Origin: Auanema rhodensis
Lineage: Eukaryota; Animalia; Nematoda
NCBI GenBank assembly: GCA_964057225.1
Contig: OZ059895.1
Span: 23,870,001 to 23,934,000 of the forward strand
Direction of reading: 5' to 3'
Length of the DNA: 64,000 nucleotides
A program made the translations under genes and the position numbers. Position 1 is the first letter of the stretch; every line of letters starts with the position of its first letter. Under the pieces are notes generated by a model. The model did no database searches and had not been told where the DNA came from. It saw only the letters and a program-made list of their open reading frames with translations. Positions 12,497-28,336 of the stretch are shown here, piece by piece.

Positions 12497-15400
12497 GATA
12501 AAGAGATGCGGTTTTCAAAATTAGATTTCCCATGTCCATATTAGTCTAAAAACAAATTTTTATTGTTATTGGTTCATGGTAACCATGACTTTGAAATTTA
12601 CGTGAACTTTAATTTATGCTAATTAAATGTACACGTGATGTGCACTTGGTATGTAACTCGCTTCACGTGAAAGATAAAGAGATGCGGTTTTCAAAATTAG
12701 ATTCCCCATGTCCATATTAGTCTAAAAACAAATTTTTATTGATATTGGTTCATGGTAACCATGACTTTGAAATTTACGTGAACTTTAATTTATGCTAATT
12801 AAATGTACACGTGATGTGCACTTGGTATGTAACTCGCTTGACGTGAAAGATAAAGAGATGCGGTTTTCAAAATTAGATTCCCCATGTCCATATTAGTCTA
12901 AAAACAAATTTTTATTGATATTAGTTCATGGTAACCATGACTTTGAAATTTACGTGAACTTTAATTTATGCTAATTAAATGTACACGTGATGTGCACTTG
13001 GTATGTAACTCGCTTCACGTGAAAGATAAAGAGATGCGGTTTTCAAAATTAGATTCCCCATGTCCATATTAGTCTAAAAACAAATTTTTATTGATATTGG
13101 TTCATGGTAACCATGACTTTGAAATTTACGTGAACTTTAATTTATGCTAATTAAATGTACACGTGATGTGCACTTGGTATGTAACTCGCTTCACGTGAAA
13201 GATAAAGAGATGCGGTTTTCAAAATTAGATTCCCCATGTCCATATTATTCTAAAAACAAATTTTTATTGATATTGGTTAATGGTAACCATGACTTTGAAA
13301 TTTACGTGAACTTTAATTTATGCTAATTAAATGTACACGTGATGTGCACTTGATATGTAACTCGCTTCACGTGAAAGATAAAGAGATGCGGTTTTCAAAA
13401 TTAGATTCCCCATGTCCATATTAGTCTAAAAACAAATTTTTATTGATATTGGTGCATGGTAACCATGACTTTGAAATTTACGTGAACTTTAATTTATGCT
13501 AATTAAATGTACACGTGATGTGCACTTGGTATGTAACTCGCTTCACGTGAAAGATAAAGAGATGCGGTTTTCAAAATTAGATTCCCCATGTCCATATTAG
13601 TCTAAAAACAGATTTTTATTGATATTGGTGCATGGTAACCATGACTTTGAAATTTACGTGAACTTTAATTTATGCTAATTAAATGTACACGTGATGTGCA
13701 CTTGGTATGTAACTCGCTTCACGTGAAAGATAAAGAGATGCGGTTTTCAAAATTAGATTCCCCATGTACATATTAGTCTAAAAACAAATTTTTATTGATA
13801 TTGGTTCATGGTAACCATGACTTTGAAATTTACGTGAACTTTAATTTATGCTAATTAAATGTACACGTGATGTGCACTTGGTATGTAACTCGCTTCACGT
13901 GGAAGATAAAGAGATGCGGTTTTCAAAATTAGATTCCCCATGTCCATATTAGTCTAAAAACAAATTTTTATTGATATTGGTGCATGGTAACCATGACTTT
14001 GAAATTTACGTGAACTTTAATTTATGCTAATTAAATGTACACGTGATGTGCACTTGGTATGTAACTCGCTTCACGTGAAAGATAAAGAGATGCGGTTTTC
14101 AAAATTAGATTCCCCATGTCCATATTAGTCGAAAAACAAATTTTTATTGATATTGGTTCATGGTAACCATGACTTTGAAATTTACGTGAACTTTAATTTA
14201 TGCTAATTAAATGTACACGTGATGTGCACTTGGTATGTAACTCGCTTCACGTGAAAGATAAAGAGATGCGGTTTTCAAAATTAGATTCCCCATGTCCATA
14301 TTAGTCTAAAAACAAATTTTTATTGATATTGGTTCATGGTAACCATGACTTTGAAATTTACGTGAACTTTAATTTATGCTAATTAAATGTACACGTGATG
14401 TGCACTTGGTATGTAACTCGCTTCACGTGAAAGATGAAGAGATGCGGTTTTCAAAATTAGATTCCCCATGTCCATATTAGTCTAAAAACAAATTTTTATT
14501 GATATTGGTTCATGGTAACCATGACTTTGAAATTTACGTGAACTTTAATTTATGCTAATTAAATGTACACGTGATGTGCACTTGGTATGTAACTCGCTTC
14601 ACGTGAAAGATAAAGAGATGCGGTTCTCAAAATTAGATTCCCCATGTCCATATTAGTCTAAAAACAAATTTTTATTGATATTGCTTCATGGTAACCATGA
14701 CTTTGAAATTTACGTGAACTTTAATTTATGCTAATTAAATGTACACGTGATGTGCACTTGGTATGTAACTCGCTTCACGTGAAAGATAAAGAGATGCGGT
14801 TTTCAAAATTAGATTCCCCATGTCCATATTAGTCTAAAAACAAATTTTTATTGATATTGGTTCATGGTAACCATGACTTTGAATTTTACGTGAACTTTAA
14901 TTTATGCTAATTAAATGTACACGTGATGTGCACTTGGTATGTAACTCGCTTCACGTAAAAGATAAAGAAATGCGGTTTTCAAAATTAGATTCCCCATGTC
15001 CATATTAGTCTAAAAACAAATTTTTATTGATATTGGTTCATGGTAACCATGACTTTGAAATTTACGTGAACTTTAATTTATGCTAATTAAATGTACACGT
15101 GATGTGCACTTGGTATGTAACTCGCTTCACGTGAAAGATAAAGAGATGCGGTTTTCAAAATTAGATTTCCCATGTCCATATTAGTCTAAAAACAAATTTT
15201 TATTGTTATTGGTTCATGGTAACCATGACTTTGAAATTTACGTGAACTTTAATTTATGCTAATTAAATGTACACGTGATGTGCACTTGGTATGTAACTCG
15301 CTTCACGTGAAAGATAAAGAGATGCGGTTTTCAAAATTAGATTCCTCATGTCCATATTAGTCTAAAAACAAATTTTTATTGATATTGGTTCATGGTAACC

Positions 15401-16720
15401 ATGACTTTGAAATTTACGTGAACTTTAATTTATGCTAATTAAATGTACACGTGATGTGCACTTGGTATGTAACTCGCTTGACGTGAAAGATAAAGAGATG
15501 CGGTTTTCAAAATTAGATTCCCCATGTCCATATTAGTCTAAAAACAAATTTTTATTGATATTAGTTCATGGTAACCATGACTTTGAAATTTACGTGAACT
15601 TTAATTTATGCTAATTAAATGTACACGTGATGTGCACTTGGTATGTAACTCGCTTCACGTGAAAGATAAAGAGATGCGGTTTTCAAAATTAGATTCCCCA
15701 TGTCCATATTAGTCTAAAAACAAATTTTTATTGATATTGGTTCATGGTAACCATGACTTTGAAATTTACGTGAACTTTAATTTATGCTAATTAAATGTAC
15801 ACGTGATGTGCACTTGGTATGTAACTCGCTTCACGTGAAAGATAAAGAGATGCGGTTTTCAAAATTAGATTCCCCATGTCCATATTATTCTAAAAACAAA
15901 TTTTTATTGATATTGGTTAATGGTAACCATGACTTTGAAATTTACGTGAACTTTAATTTATGCTAATTAAATGTACACGTGATGTGCACTTGATATGTAA
16001 CTCGCTTCACGTGAAAGATAAAGAGATGCGGTTTTCAAAATTAGATTCCCCATGTCCATATTAGTCTAAAAACAAATTTTTATTGATATTGGTGCATGGT
16101 AACCATGACTTTGAAATTTACGTGAACTTTAATTTATGCTAATTAAATGTACACGTGATGTGCACTTGGTATGTAACTCGCTTCACGTGAAAGATAAAGA
16201 GATGCGGTTTTCAAAATTAGATTCCCCATGTCCATATTAGTCTAAAAACAGATTTTTATTGATATTGGTGCATGGTAACCATGACTTTGAAATTTACGTG
16301 AACTTTAATTTATGCTAATTAAATGTACACGTGATGTGCACTTGGTATGTAACTCGCTTCACGTGAAAGATAAAGAGATGCGGTTTTCAAAATTAGATTC
16401 CCCATGTACATATTAGTCTAAAAACAAATTTTTATTGATATTGGTTCATGGTAACCATGACTTTGAAATTTACGTGAACTTTAATTTATGCTAATTAAAT
16501 GTACACGTGATGTGCACTTGGTATGTAACTCGCTTCACGTGGAAGATAAAGAGATGCGGTTTTCAAAATTAGATTCCCCATGTCCATATTAGTCTAAAAA
16601 CAAATTTTTATTGATATTGGTGCATGGTAACCATGACTTTGAAATTTACGTGAACTTTAATTTATGCTAATTAAATGTACACGTGATGTGCACTTGGTAT
16701 GTAACTCGCTTCACGTGAAA
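12497..16720 (+). repeat. 15-monomer (2640-bp) higher-order duplication
   Basis: C32T at 12528/15168, C168G at 12840/15480, G48T at 13248/15888, C40A at 13768/16408 and A174G at 13902/16542, all at a 2640-bp offset. Confidence 0.88.
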
Positions 16721-19700
16721 GATAAAGAGATGCGGTTTTCAAAATTAGATTCCCCATGTCCATATTAGTCTAAAAACAAATTTTTATTGATATTGGTTCA
16801 TGGTAACCATGACTTTGAAATTTACGTGAACTTTAATTTATGCTAATTAAATGTACACGTGATGTGCACTTGGTATGTAACTCGCTTCACGTGAAATATA
16901 AAGAGATGCGGTTTTCAAAATTAGATTCCCCATGTCCATATTAGTCTAAAAACAAATTTTTATTGATATTGGTGCATGGTAACCATGACTTTGAAATTTA
17001 CGTGAACTTTAATTTATGCTAATTAAATGTACACGTGATGTGCACTTGGTATGTAACTCGCTTCACGTGAAAGATAAAGAGATGCGGTTTTCAAAATTAG
17101 ATTCCCCATGTCCATATTAGTCTAAAAACAAATTTTTATTGATATTGGTTCATGGTAACCATGACTTTGAAATTTACGTGAACTTTAATTTATGCTAATT
17201 AAATGTACACGTGATGTGCACTTGGTATGTAACTCGCTTCACGTGAAATATAAAGAGATGCGGTTTTCAAAATTAGATTCCCCATGTCCATATTAGTCTA
17301 AAAACAAATTTTTATTGATATTGGTGCATGGTAACCATGACTTTGAAATTTACGTGAACTTTAATTTATGCTAATTAAATGTACACGTGATGTGCACTTG
17401 GTATGTAACTCGCTTCACGTGAAAGATAAAGAGATGCGGTTTTCAAAATTAGATTCCTCATGTCCATATTAGTCTAAAAACAAATTTTTATTGATATTGG
17501 TGCATGGTAACCATGACTTTGAAATTTACGTGAACTTTAATTTATGCTAATTAAATGTACACGTGATGTGCACTTGGTATGTAACTCGCTTCACGTGAAA
17601 GATAAAGAGATGCGGTTTTCAAAATTAGATTCCCCATGTACATATTAGTCTAAAAACAAATTTTTATTGATATTGGTTCATGGTAACCATGACTTTGAAA
17701 TTTACGTGAACTTTAATTTATGCTAATTAAATGTACACGTGATGTGCACTTGGTATGTAACTCGCTTCACGTGGAAGATAAAGAGATGCGGTTTTCAAAA
17801 TTAGATTCCCCATGTCCATATTAGTCTAAAAACAAATTTTTATTGATATTGGTGCATGGTAACCATGACTTTGAAATTTACGTGAACTTTAATTTATGCT
17901 AATTAAATGTACACGTGATGTGCACTTGGTATGTAACTCGCTTCACGTGAAAGATAAAGAGATGCGATTTTCAAAATTAGATTCCCCATGTCCATATTAG
18001 TCTAAAAACAAATTTTTATTGATATTGGTGCATGGTAACCATGACTTTGAAATTTACGTGAACTTTAATTTATGCTAATTAAATGTACACGTGATGTGCA
18101 CTTGGTATGTAACTCGCTTCACGTGAAAGATAAAGAGATGCGGTTTTCAAAATTAGATTCCCCATGTCCATATTAGTCTAAAAACAAATTTTTATTGATA
18201 TTGGTTCATGGTAACCATGACTTTGAAATTTACGTGAACTTTAATTTATGCTAATTAAATGTACACGTGATGTGCACTTGGTATGTAACTCGCTTCACGT
18301 GAAATATAAAGAGATGCGGTTTTCAAAATTAGATTCCCCATGTCCATATTAGTCAAAAAACAAATTTTTATTGATATTGGTGCATGGTAACCATGACTTT
18401 GAAATTTACGTGAACTTTAATTTATGCTAATTAAATGTACACGTGATGTGCACTTGGTATGTAACTCGCTTCACGTGAAAGATAAAGAGATGCGGTTTTC
18501 AAAATTAGATTCCCCATGTACATATTAGTCTAAAAACAAATTTTTATTGATATTGGTTCATGGTAACCATGACTTTGAAATTTACGTGAACTTTAATTTA
18601 TGCTAATTAAATGTACACGTGATGTGCACTTGGTATGTAACTCGCTTCACGTGGAAGATAAAGAGATGCGGTTTTCAAAATTAGATTCCCCATGTCCATA
18701 TTAGTCTAAAAACAAATTTTTATTGATATTGGTGCATGGTAACCATGACTTTGAAATTTACGTGAACTTTAATTTATGCTAATTAAATGTACACGTGATG
18801 TGCACTTGGTATGTAACTCGCTTCACGTGAAAGATAAAGAGATGCGATTTTCAAAATTAGATTCCCCATGTCCATATTAGTCTAAAAACAAATTTTTATT
18901 GATATTGGTGCATGGTAACCATGACTTTGAAATTTACGTGAACTTTAATTTATGCTAATTAAATGTACACGTGATGTGCACTTGGTATGTAACTCGCTTC
19001 ACGTGAAAGATAAAGAGATGCGGTTTTCAAAATTAGATTCCCCATGTCCATATTAGTCTAAAAACAAATTTTTATTGATATTGGTTCATGGTAACCATGA
19101 CTTTGAAATTTACGTGAACTTTAATTTATGCTAATTAAATGTACACGTGATGTGCACTTGGTATGTAACTCGCTTCACGTGAAATATAAAGAGATGCGGT
19201 TTTCAAAATTAGATTCCCCATGTCCATATTAGTCTAAAAACAAATTTTTATTGATATTGGTGCATGGTAACCATGACTTTGAAATTTACGTGAACTTTAA
19301 TTTATGCTAATTAAATGTACACGTGATGTGCACTTGGTATGTAACTCGCTTCACGTGAAAGATAAAGAGATGCAGTTTTCAAAATTAGATTCCTCATGTC
19401 CATATTAGTCTAAAAACAAATTTTTATTGATATTGGTGCATGGTAACCATGACTTTGAAATTTACGTGAACTTTAATTTATGCTAATTAAATGTACACGT
19501 GATGTGCACTTGGTATGTAACTCGCTTCACGTGAAAGATAAAGAGATGCGGTTTTCAAAATTAGATTCCCCATGTACATATTAGTCTAAAAACAAATTTT
19601 TATTGATATTGGTTCATGGTAACCATGACTTTGAAATTTACGTGAACTTTAATTTATGCTAATTAAATGTACACGTGATGTGCACTTGGTATGTAACTCG

Positions 19701-20416
19701 CTTCACGTGGAAGATAAAGAGATGCGGTTTTCAAAATTAGATTCCCCATGTCCATATTAGTCTAAAAACAAATTTTTATTGATATTGGTGCATGGTAACC
19801 ATGACTTTGAAATTTACGTGAACTTTAATTTATGCTAATTAAATGTACACGTGATGTGCACTTGGTATGTAACTCGCTTCACGTGAAAGATAAAGAGATG
19901 CGGTTTTCAAAATTAGATTCCCCATGTCCATATTAGTCTAAAAACAAATTTTTATTGATATTGGTGCATGGTAACCATGACTTTGAAATTTACGTGAACT
20001 TTAATTTATGCTAATTAAATGTACACGTGATGTGCACTTGGTATGTAACTCGCTTCACGTGAAAGATAAAGAGATGCGGTTTTCAAAATTAGATTCCCCA
20101 TGTCCATATTAGTTCAAAAACAAATTTTTATTGATATTGGTGCATGGTAACCATGACTTTGAAATTTACGTGAACTTTAATTTATGCTAATTAAATGTAC
20201 ACGTGATGTGCACTTGGTATGTAACTCGCTTCACGTGAAAGATAAAGAGATGCAGTTTTCAAAATTAGATTCCTCATGTCCATATTAGTCTAAAAAAAAA
20301 TTTTAATTGATATTGGTGCATGGTAACCATGACTTTGAAATTTACGTGAACTTTAATTTATGCTAATTAAATGTACACGTGATGTGCACTTGGTATGTAA
20401 CTCGCTTCACGTGAAA

Positions 20417-23056
20417 GATAAAGAGATGCGGTTTTCAAAATTAGATTCCCCATGTCCATATTAGTCTAAAAACAAATTCTTATTGATATTGGTGCATTGT
20501 AACCATGACTTTGAAATTTACGTGAACTTTAATTTATGCTAATTAAATGTACACGTGATGTGCACTTGGTATGTAACTCGCTTCACTTGAAAGATAAAGA
20601 GATGCGGTTTTCAAAATTAGATTCCCCATGTCCATATTAGTCTAAAAACAAATTTTTATTGATATTGGTTAATGGTAACCATGACTTTGAAATTTACGTG
20701 AACTTTAATTTATGCTAATTAAATGTACACGTGATGTGCACTTGATATGTAACTCGCTTCACGTGAAAGATAAAGAGATGCGGTTTTCAAAATTAGATTC
20801 CCCATGTCCATATTAGTCTAAAAACAAATTTTTATTGATATTGGTGCATGGTAACCATGACTTTGAAATTTACGTGAACTTTAATTTATGCTAATTAAAT
20901 GTACACGTGATGTGCACTTGGTATGTAACTCGCTTCACGTGAAAGATAAAGAGATGCGGTTTTCAAAATTAGATTCCCCATGTCCATATTAGTCTAAAAA
21001 CAGATTTTTATTGATATTGGTGCATGGTAACCATGACTTTGAAATTTACGTGAACTTTAATTTATGCTAATTAAATGTACACGTGATGTGCACTTGGTAT
21101 GTAACTCGCTTCACGTGAAAGATAAAGAGATGCGGTTTTCAAAATTAGATTCCCCATGTCCATATTAGTCTAAAAACAAATTTTTATTGATATTGGTTAA
21201 TGGTAACCATGACTTTGAAATTTACGTGAACTTTAATTTATGCTAATTAAATGTACACGTGATGTGCACTTGATATGTAACTCGCTTCACGTGAAAGATA
21301 AAGAGATGCGGTTTTCAAAATTAGATTCCCCATGTCCATATTAGTCTAAAAACAAATTTTTATTGATATTGGTGCATGGTAACCATGACTTTGAAATTTA
21401 CGTGAACTTTAATTTATGCTAATTAAATGTACACGTGATGTGCACTTGGTATGTAACTCGCTTCACGTGAAAGATAAAGAGATGCGGTTTTTAAAATTAG
21501 ATTTCCCATGTCCATATTAGTCTAAAAACAGATTTTTATTGATATTGGTGCATGTTAACCATGACTTTGAAATTTACGTGAACTTTAATTTATGCTAATT
21601 AAATGTACACGTGATGTGCACTTGGTATGTAACTCGCTTCACGTGAAAGATAAAGAGATGCGGTTTTCAAAATTAGATTCCCCATGTACATATTAGTCTA
21701 AAAACAAATTTTTATTGATATTGGTGCATTGTAACCATGACTTTGAAATTTACGTGAACTTTAATTTATGCTAATTAAATGTACACGTGATGTGCACTTG
21801 GTATGTAACTCGCTTCACTTGAAAGATAAAGAGATGCGGTTTTCAAAATTAGATTCCCCATGTCCATATTAGTCTAAAAACAAATTTTTATTGATATTGG
21901 TTAATGGTAACCATGACTTTGAAATTTACGTGAACTTTAATTTATGCTAATTAAATGTACACGTGATGTGCACTTGATATGTAACTCGCTTCACGTGAAA
22001 GATAAAGAGATGCGGTTTTCAAAATTAGATTCCCCATGTCCATATTAGTCTAAAAACAAATTTTCATTGATATTGGTGCATGGTAACCATGACTTTGAAA
22101 TTTACGTGAACTTTAATTTATGCTAATTAAATGTACACGTGATGTGCACTTGGTATGTAACTCGCTTCACGTGAAAGATAAAGAGATGCGGTTTTCAAAA
22201 TTAGATTCCCCATGTCCATATTAGTCTAAAAACAGATTTTTATTGATATTGGTGCATGGTAACCATGACTTTGAAATTTACGTGAACTTTAATTTATGCT
22301 AATTAAATGTACACGTGATGTGCACTTGGTATGTAACTCGCTTCACGTGAAAGATAAAGAGATGCGGTTTTCAAAATTAGATTCCCCATGTCCATATTAG
22401 TCTAAAAACAAATTTTTATTGATATTGGTTAATGGTAACCATGACTTTGAAATTTACGTGAACTTTAATTTATGCTAATTAAATGTACACGTGATGTGCA
22501 CTTGATATGTAACTCGCTTCACGTGAAAGATAAAGAGATGCGGTTTTCAAAATTAGATTCCCCATGTCCATATTAGTCTAAAAACAAATTTTTATTGATA
22601 TTGGTGCATGGTAACCATGACTTTGAAATTTACGTGAACTTTAATTTATGCTAATTAAATGTACACGTGATGTGCACTTGGTATGTAACTCGCTTCACGT
22701 GAAAGATAAAGAGATGCGGTTTTTAAAATTAGATTTCCCATGTCCATATTAGTCTAAAAACAGATTTTTATTGATATTGGTGCATGTTAACCATGACTTT
22801 GAAATTTACGTGAACTTTAATTTATGCTAATTAAATGTACACGTGATGTGCACTTGGTATGTAACTCGCTTCACGTGAAAGATAAAGAGATGCGGTTTTC
22901 AAAATTAGATTCCCCATGTACATATTAGTCTAAAAACAAATTTTTATTGATATTGGTGCATGTTAACCATGACTTTGAAATTTACGTGAACTTTAATTTA
23001 TGCTAATTAAATGTACACGTGATGTGCACTTGGTATGTAACTCGCTTCACGTGGAA
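20417..23056 (+). repeat. 7-monomer (1232-bp) tandem duplication
   Basis: G82T at 20498/21730, G171T at 20587/21819, C20T (+C32T) at 21492/22724 and C40A at 21688/22920. Confidence 0.85.
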
Positions 23057-26000
23057 GATAAAGAGATGCGGTTTTCAAAATTAGATTCCCCATGTCCATA
23101 TTAGTCTAAAAACAAATTTTTATTGATATTGGTTAATGGTAACCATGACTTTGAAATTTACGTGAACTTTAATTTATGCTAATTAAATGTACACGTGATG
23201 TGCACTTGGTATGTAACTCGCTTCACGTGGAAGATAAAGAGATGCGGTTTTCAAAATTAGATTCCCCATGTCCATATTAGTCTAAAAACAAATTTTTATT
23301 GATATTGGTGCATGGTAACCATGACTTTGAAATTTACGTGAACTTTAATTTATGCTAATTAAATGTACACGTGATGTGCACTTGGTATGTAACTCGCTTC
23401 ACGTGAAAGATAAAGAGATGCGGTTTTCAAAATTAGATTCCCCATGTCCATATTAGTCTAAAAACAAATTTTTATTGATATTGGTTAATGGTAACCATGA
23501 CTTTGAAATTTACGTGAACTTTAATTTATGCTAATTAAATGTACACGTGATGTGCACTTGATATGTAACTCGCTTCACGTGGAAGATAAAGAGATGCGGT
23601 TTTCAAAATTAGATTCCCCATGTCCATATTAGTCTAAAAACAAATTTTTATTGATATTGGTTAATGGTAACCATGACTTTGAAATTTACGTGAACTTTAA
23701 TTTATGCTAATTAAATGTACACGTGATGTGCACTTGATATGTAACTCGCTTCACGTGAAAGATAAAGAGATGCGGTTTTCAAAATTAGATTCCCCATGTC
23801 CATATTAGTCTAAAAACAAATTTTTATTGATATTGGTTCATGGTAACCATGACTTTGAAATTTACGTGAACTTTAATTTATGCTAATTAAATGTACACGT
23901 GATGTGCACTTGGTATGTAACTCGCTTCACGTGAAATATAAAGAGATGCGGTTTTCAAAATTAGATTCCCCATGTCCATATTAGTCTAAAAACAAATTTT
24001 TATTGATATTGGTGCATAGTGACCATGACTTTGAAATTTACGTGAACTTTAATTTATGCTAATTAAATGTACACGTGATGTGCACTTGGTATGTAACTCG
24101 CTTCACGTGAAAGATAAAGAGATGCGGTTTTCAAAATTAGATTCCTCATGTCCATATTAGTCTAAAAACAAATTTTTATTGATATTGGTGCATGGTAACC
24201 ATGACTTTGAAATTTACGTGAACTTTAATTTATGCTAATTAAATGTACACGTGATGTGCACTTGGTATGTAACTCGGTTCACGTGAAAGATAAAGAGATG
24301 CGGTTTTCAAAATTAGATTCCCCATGTCCATATTAGTCTAAAAACAAATTTTTATTGATATTGGTGCATGGTAACCATGACTTTGAAATTTACGTGAACT
24401 TTAATTTATGCTAATTAAATGTACACGTGATGTGCACTTGGTATGTAACTCGCTTCACTTGAAAGATAAAGAGATGCGGTTTTCAAAATTAGATTGCCCA
24501 TGTCCATATTAGTCTAAAAACAAATTTTTATTGATATTGGTGCATGGTAACCATGACTTTGAAATTTACGTGAACTTTAATTTATGCTAATTAAATGTAC
24601 ACGTGATGTGCACTTGGTATGTAACTCGCTTCACGTGAAAGATAAAGAGATGCGGTTTTCAAAGTTAGATTCCCCATGTCCATATTAGTCTAAAAACGAA
24701 TTTTTATTGATATTGGTGCATGGTAACCACGACTTTGAAATTTACGTGAACTTTAATTTATGCTAATTAAATGTACACGTGATGTGCACTTGGTATGTAA
24801 CTCGCTTCACGTGAAAGATAAAGAGATGCGGTTTCCAAAATTAGATTCCCCATGTCCATATTAGTCTAAAAACAAATTTTTATTGATATTGGTGCATGGT
24901 AACCATGACTTTGAAATTTACATGAACTTTAATTTATGCTAATTAAATGTACACGTGATGTGCACTTGGTATGTAACTCGCTTCACGTGAAAGATAAAGA
25001 GATGCGGTTTTCAAAATTAGATTCCTCATGTCCATATTAGTCAAAAAACAAATTTTTATTGATATTGGTGCATGGTAACCATGACTTTGAAATTTACGTG
25101 AACTTTAATTTATGCTAATTAAATGTACACGTGATGTGCACTTTGTATGTTACTCGCTTCACGTGAAAGATAAAGAGATGCGGTTTTCAAAATTAGATTC
25201 CCCATGTCCATATTAGTCAAAAAACAAATTTTTATTGATATTGGTGCATGGTAACCATGACTTTGAAATTTACGTGAACTTTAATTTATGCTAATTAAAT
25301 GTACACGTGATGTGCACTTGGTATGTAACTCACTTCACGTGAAAGATAAAGAGATGCGGTTTTCAAAATTAGATTCCCCATGTCCATATTAGTCAAAAAA
25401 CAAATTTTTATTGATATTGGTGCATGGTAACCATGACTTTGAAATTTACGTGAACTTTAATTTATGCTAATTAAATGTACACGTGATGTGCACTTGGTAT
25501 GTAACTCACTTCACGTGAAAGATAAAGAGATGCGGTTTTCAAAATTAGATTCCCCATGTCCATATTAGTCAAAAAACAAATTTTTATTGATATTGGTGCA
25601 TGGTAACCATGACTTTGAAAATTACGTGAACTTTAATTTATGCTAATTAAATGTACACGTGATGTGCACTTGGTATGTAACTCGCTTCACGTGAAAGATA
25701 AAGAGATGCGGTTTTCAAAATTAGATTCCCCATGTCCATATTAGTCAAAAAACAAATTTTTATTGATATTGGTTTATGGTAACCATGACTTTGAAATTTA
25801 CGTGAACTTTAATTTATGCTAATTAAATGTACACGTGATGTGCACTTGGTATGTAACTCGCTTCACGTGAAAGATAAAGAGATGCGGTTTTCAAAATTAG
25901 ATTCCTCATGTCCATATTAGTCAAAAAACAAATTTTTATTGATATTGGTTTATGGTAACCATGACTTTGAAATTTACGTGAACTTTAATTTATGCTAATT

Positions 26001-28336
26001 AAATGTACACGTGATGTGCACTTGGTATGTAACTCGCTTCACGTGAAAGATAAAGAGATGCGGTTTTCAAAATTAGATTCCCCATGTCCATATTAGTCAA
26101 AAAACAAATTTTTATTGATATTGGTTCATGGTAACCATGACTTTGAAATTTACGTGAACTTTAATTTATGCTAATTAAATGTACACGTGATGTGCACTTG
26201 GTATGTAACTCGCTTCACGTGAAAGATAAAGAGATGCGGTTTTCAAAATTAGATTCCTCATGTCCATATTAGTCTAAAAACAAATTTTTATTGATATTGG
26301 TGCATGGTAACCATGACTTTGAAATTTACGTGAACTTTAATTTATGCTAATTAAATGTACACGTGATGTGCACTTGGTATGTAACTCGCTTCACGTGAAA
26401 GATAAAGAGATGCGGTTTTCAAAATTAGATTCCTCATGTCCATATTAGTCAAAAAACAAATTTTTATTGATATTGGTGCATGGTAACCATGACTTTGAAA
26501 TTTACGTGAACTTTAATTTATGCTAATTAAATGTACACGTGATGTGCACTTGGTATGTAACTCGCTTCACGTGAAAGATAAAGAGATGCGGTTTTCAAAA
26601 TTAGATTCCCCATGTCCATATTAGTCAAAAAACAAATTTTTATTGATATTGGTGCATGGTAACCATGACTTTGAAATTTACGTGAACTTTAATTTATGCT
26701 AATTAAATGTACACGTGATGTGCACTTGGTATGTAACTCACTTCACGTGAAAGATAAAGAGATGCGGTTTTCAAAATTAGATTCCCCATGTCCATATTAG
26801 TCAAAAAACAAATTTTTATTGATATTGGTGCATGGTAACCATGACTTTGAAATTTACGTGAACTTTAATTTATGCTAATTAAATGTACACGTGATGTGCA
26901 CTTGGTATGTAACTCGCTTCACGTGAAAGATAAAGAGATGCGGTTTTCAAAATTAGATTCCCCATGTCCATATTAGTCAAAAAACAAATTTTTATTGATA
27001 TTGGTGCATGGTAACCATGACTTTGAAATTTACGTGAACTTTAATTTATGCTAATTAAATGTACACGTGATGTGCACTTGGTATGTAACTCACTTCACGT
27101 GAAAGATAAAGAGATGCGGTTTTCAAAATTTGATTCCCCATGTCCATATTAGTCTAAAAACAAATTTTTATTGATATTGGTGCATGGTAACCATGACTTT
27201 GAAATTTACGTGAACTTTAATTTATGCTAATTAAATGTACACGTGATGTGCACTTGGTATGTAACTCGCTTCACGTGAAAGATAAAGAGATGCGGTTTTC
27301 AAAATTAGATTCCTCATGTCCATATTAGTCTAAAAACAAATTTTTATTGATATTGGTGCATGGTAACCATGACTTTGAAATTTACGTGAACTTTAATTTA
27401 TGCTAATTAAATGTACACGTGATGTGCACTTGGTATGTAACTCGCTTCACGTGAAAGATAAAGAGATGCGGTTTTCAAAATTAGATTCCTCATGTCCATA
27501 TTAGTCTAAAAACAAATTTTTATTGATATTGGTGCATGGTAACCATGACTTTGAAATTTACGTGAACTTTAATTTATGCTAATTAAATGTACACGTGATG
27601 TGCACTTGGTATGTAACTCGCTTCACGTGAAAGATAAAGAGATGCGGTTTTCAAAATTAGATTCCCCATGTCCATATTAGTCAAAAAACAAATTTTTATT
27701 GATATTGGTTCATGGTAACCATGACTTTGAAATTTACGTGAACTTTAATTTATGCTAATTAAATGTACACGTGATGTGCACTTGGTATGTAACTCGCTTC
27801 ACGTGAAAGATAAAGAGATGCGGTTTTCAAAATTTGATTCCCCATGTCCATATTAGTCTAAAAACAAATTTTTATTGATATTGGTGCATGGTAACCATGA
27901 CTTTGAGATTTACGTGAACTTTAATTTATGCTAATTAAATGTACACGTGATGTGCACTTGGTATGTAACTCGCTTCACGTGAAAGATAAAGAGATGCGGT
28001 TTTCAAAATTAGATTCCCCATGTCCATATTAGTCAAAAAACAAATTTTTATTGATATTGGTTCATGGTAACCATGACTTTGAAATTTACGTGAACTTTAA
28101 TTTATGCTAATTAAATGTACACGTGATGTGCACTTGGTATGTAACTCGCTTCACGTGAAAGATAAAGAGATGCGGTTTTCAAAATTAGATTCCCCATGTC
28201 CATATTAGTCAAAAAACAAATTTTTATTGATATTGGTTCATGGTAACCATGACTTTGAAATTTACGTGAACTTTAATTTATGCTAATTAAATGTACACGT
28301 GATGTGCACTTGGTATGTAACTCGCTTCACGTGAAA

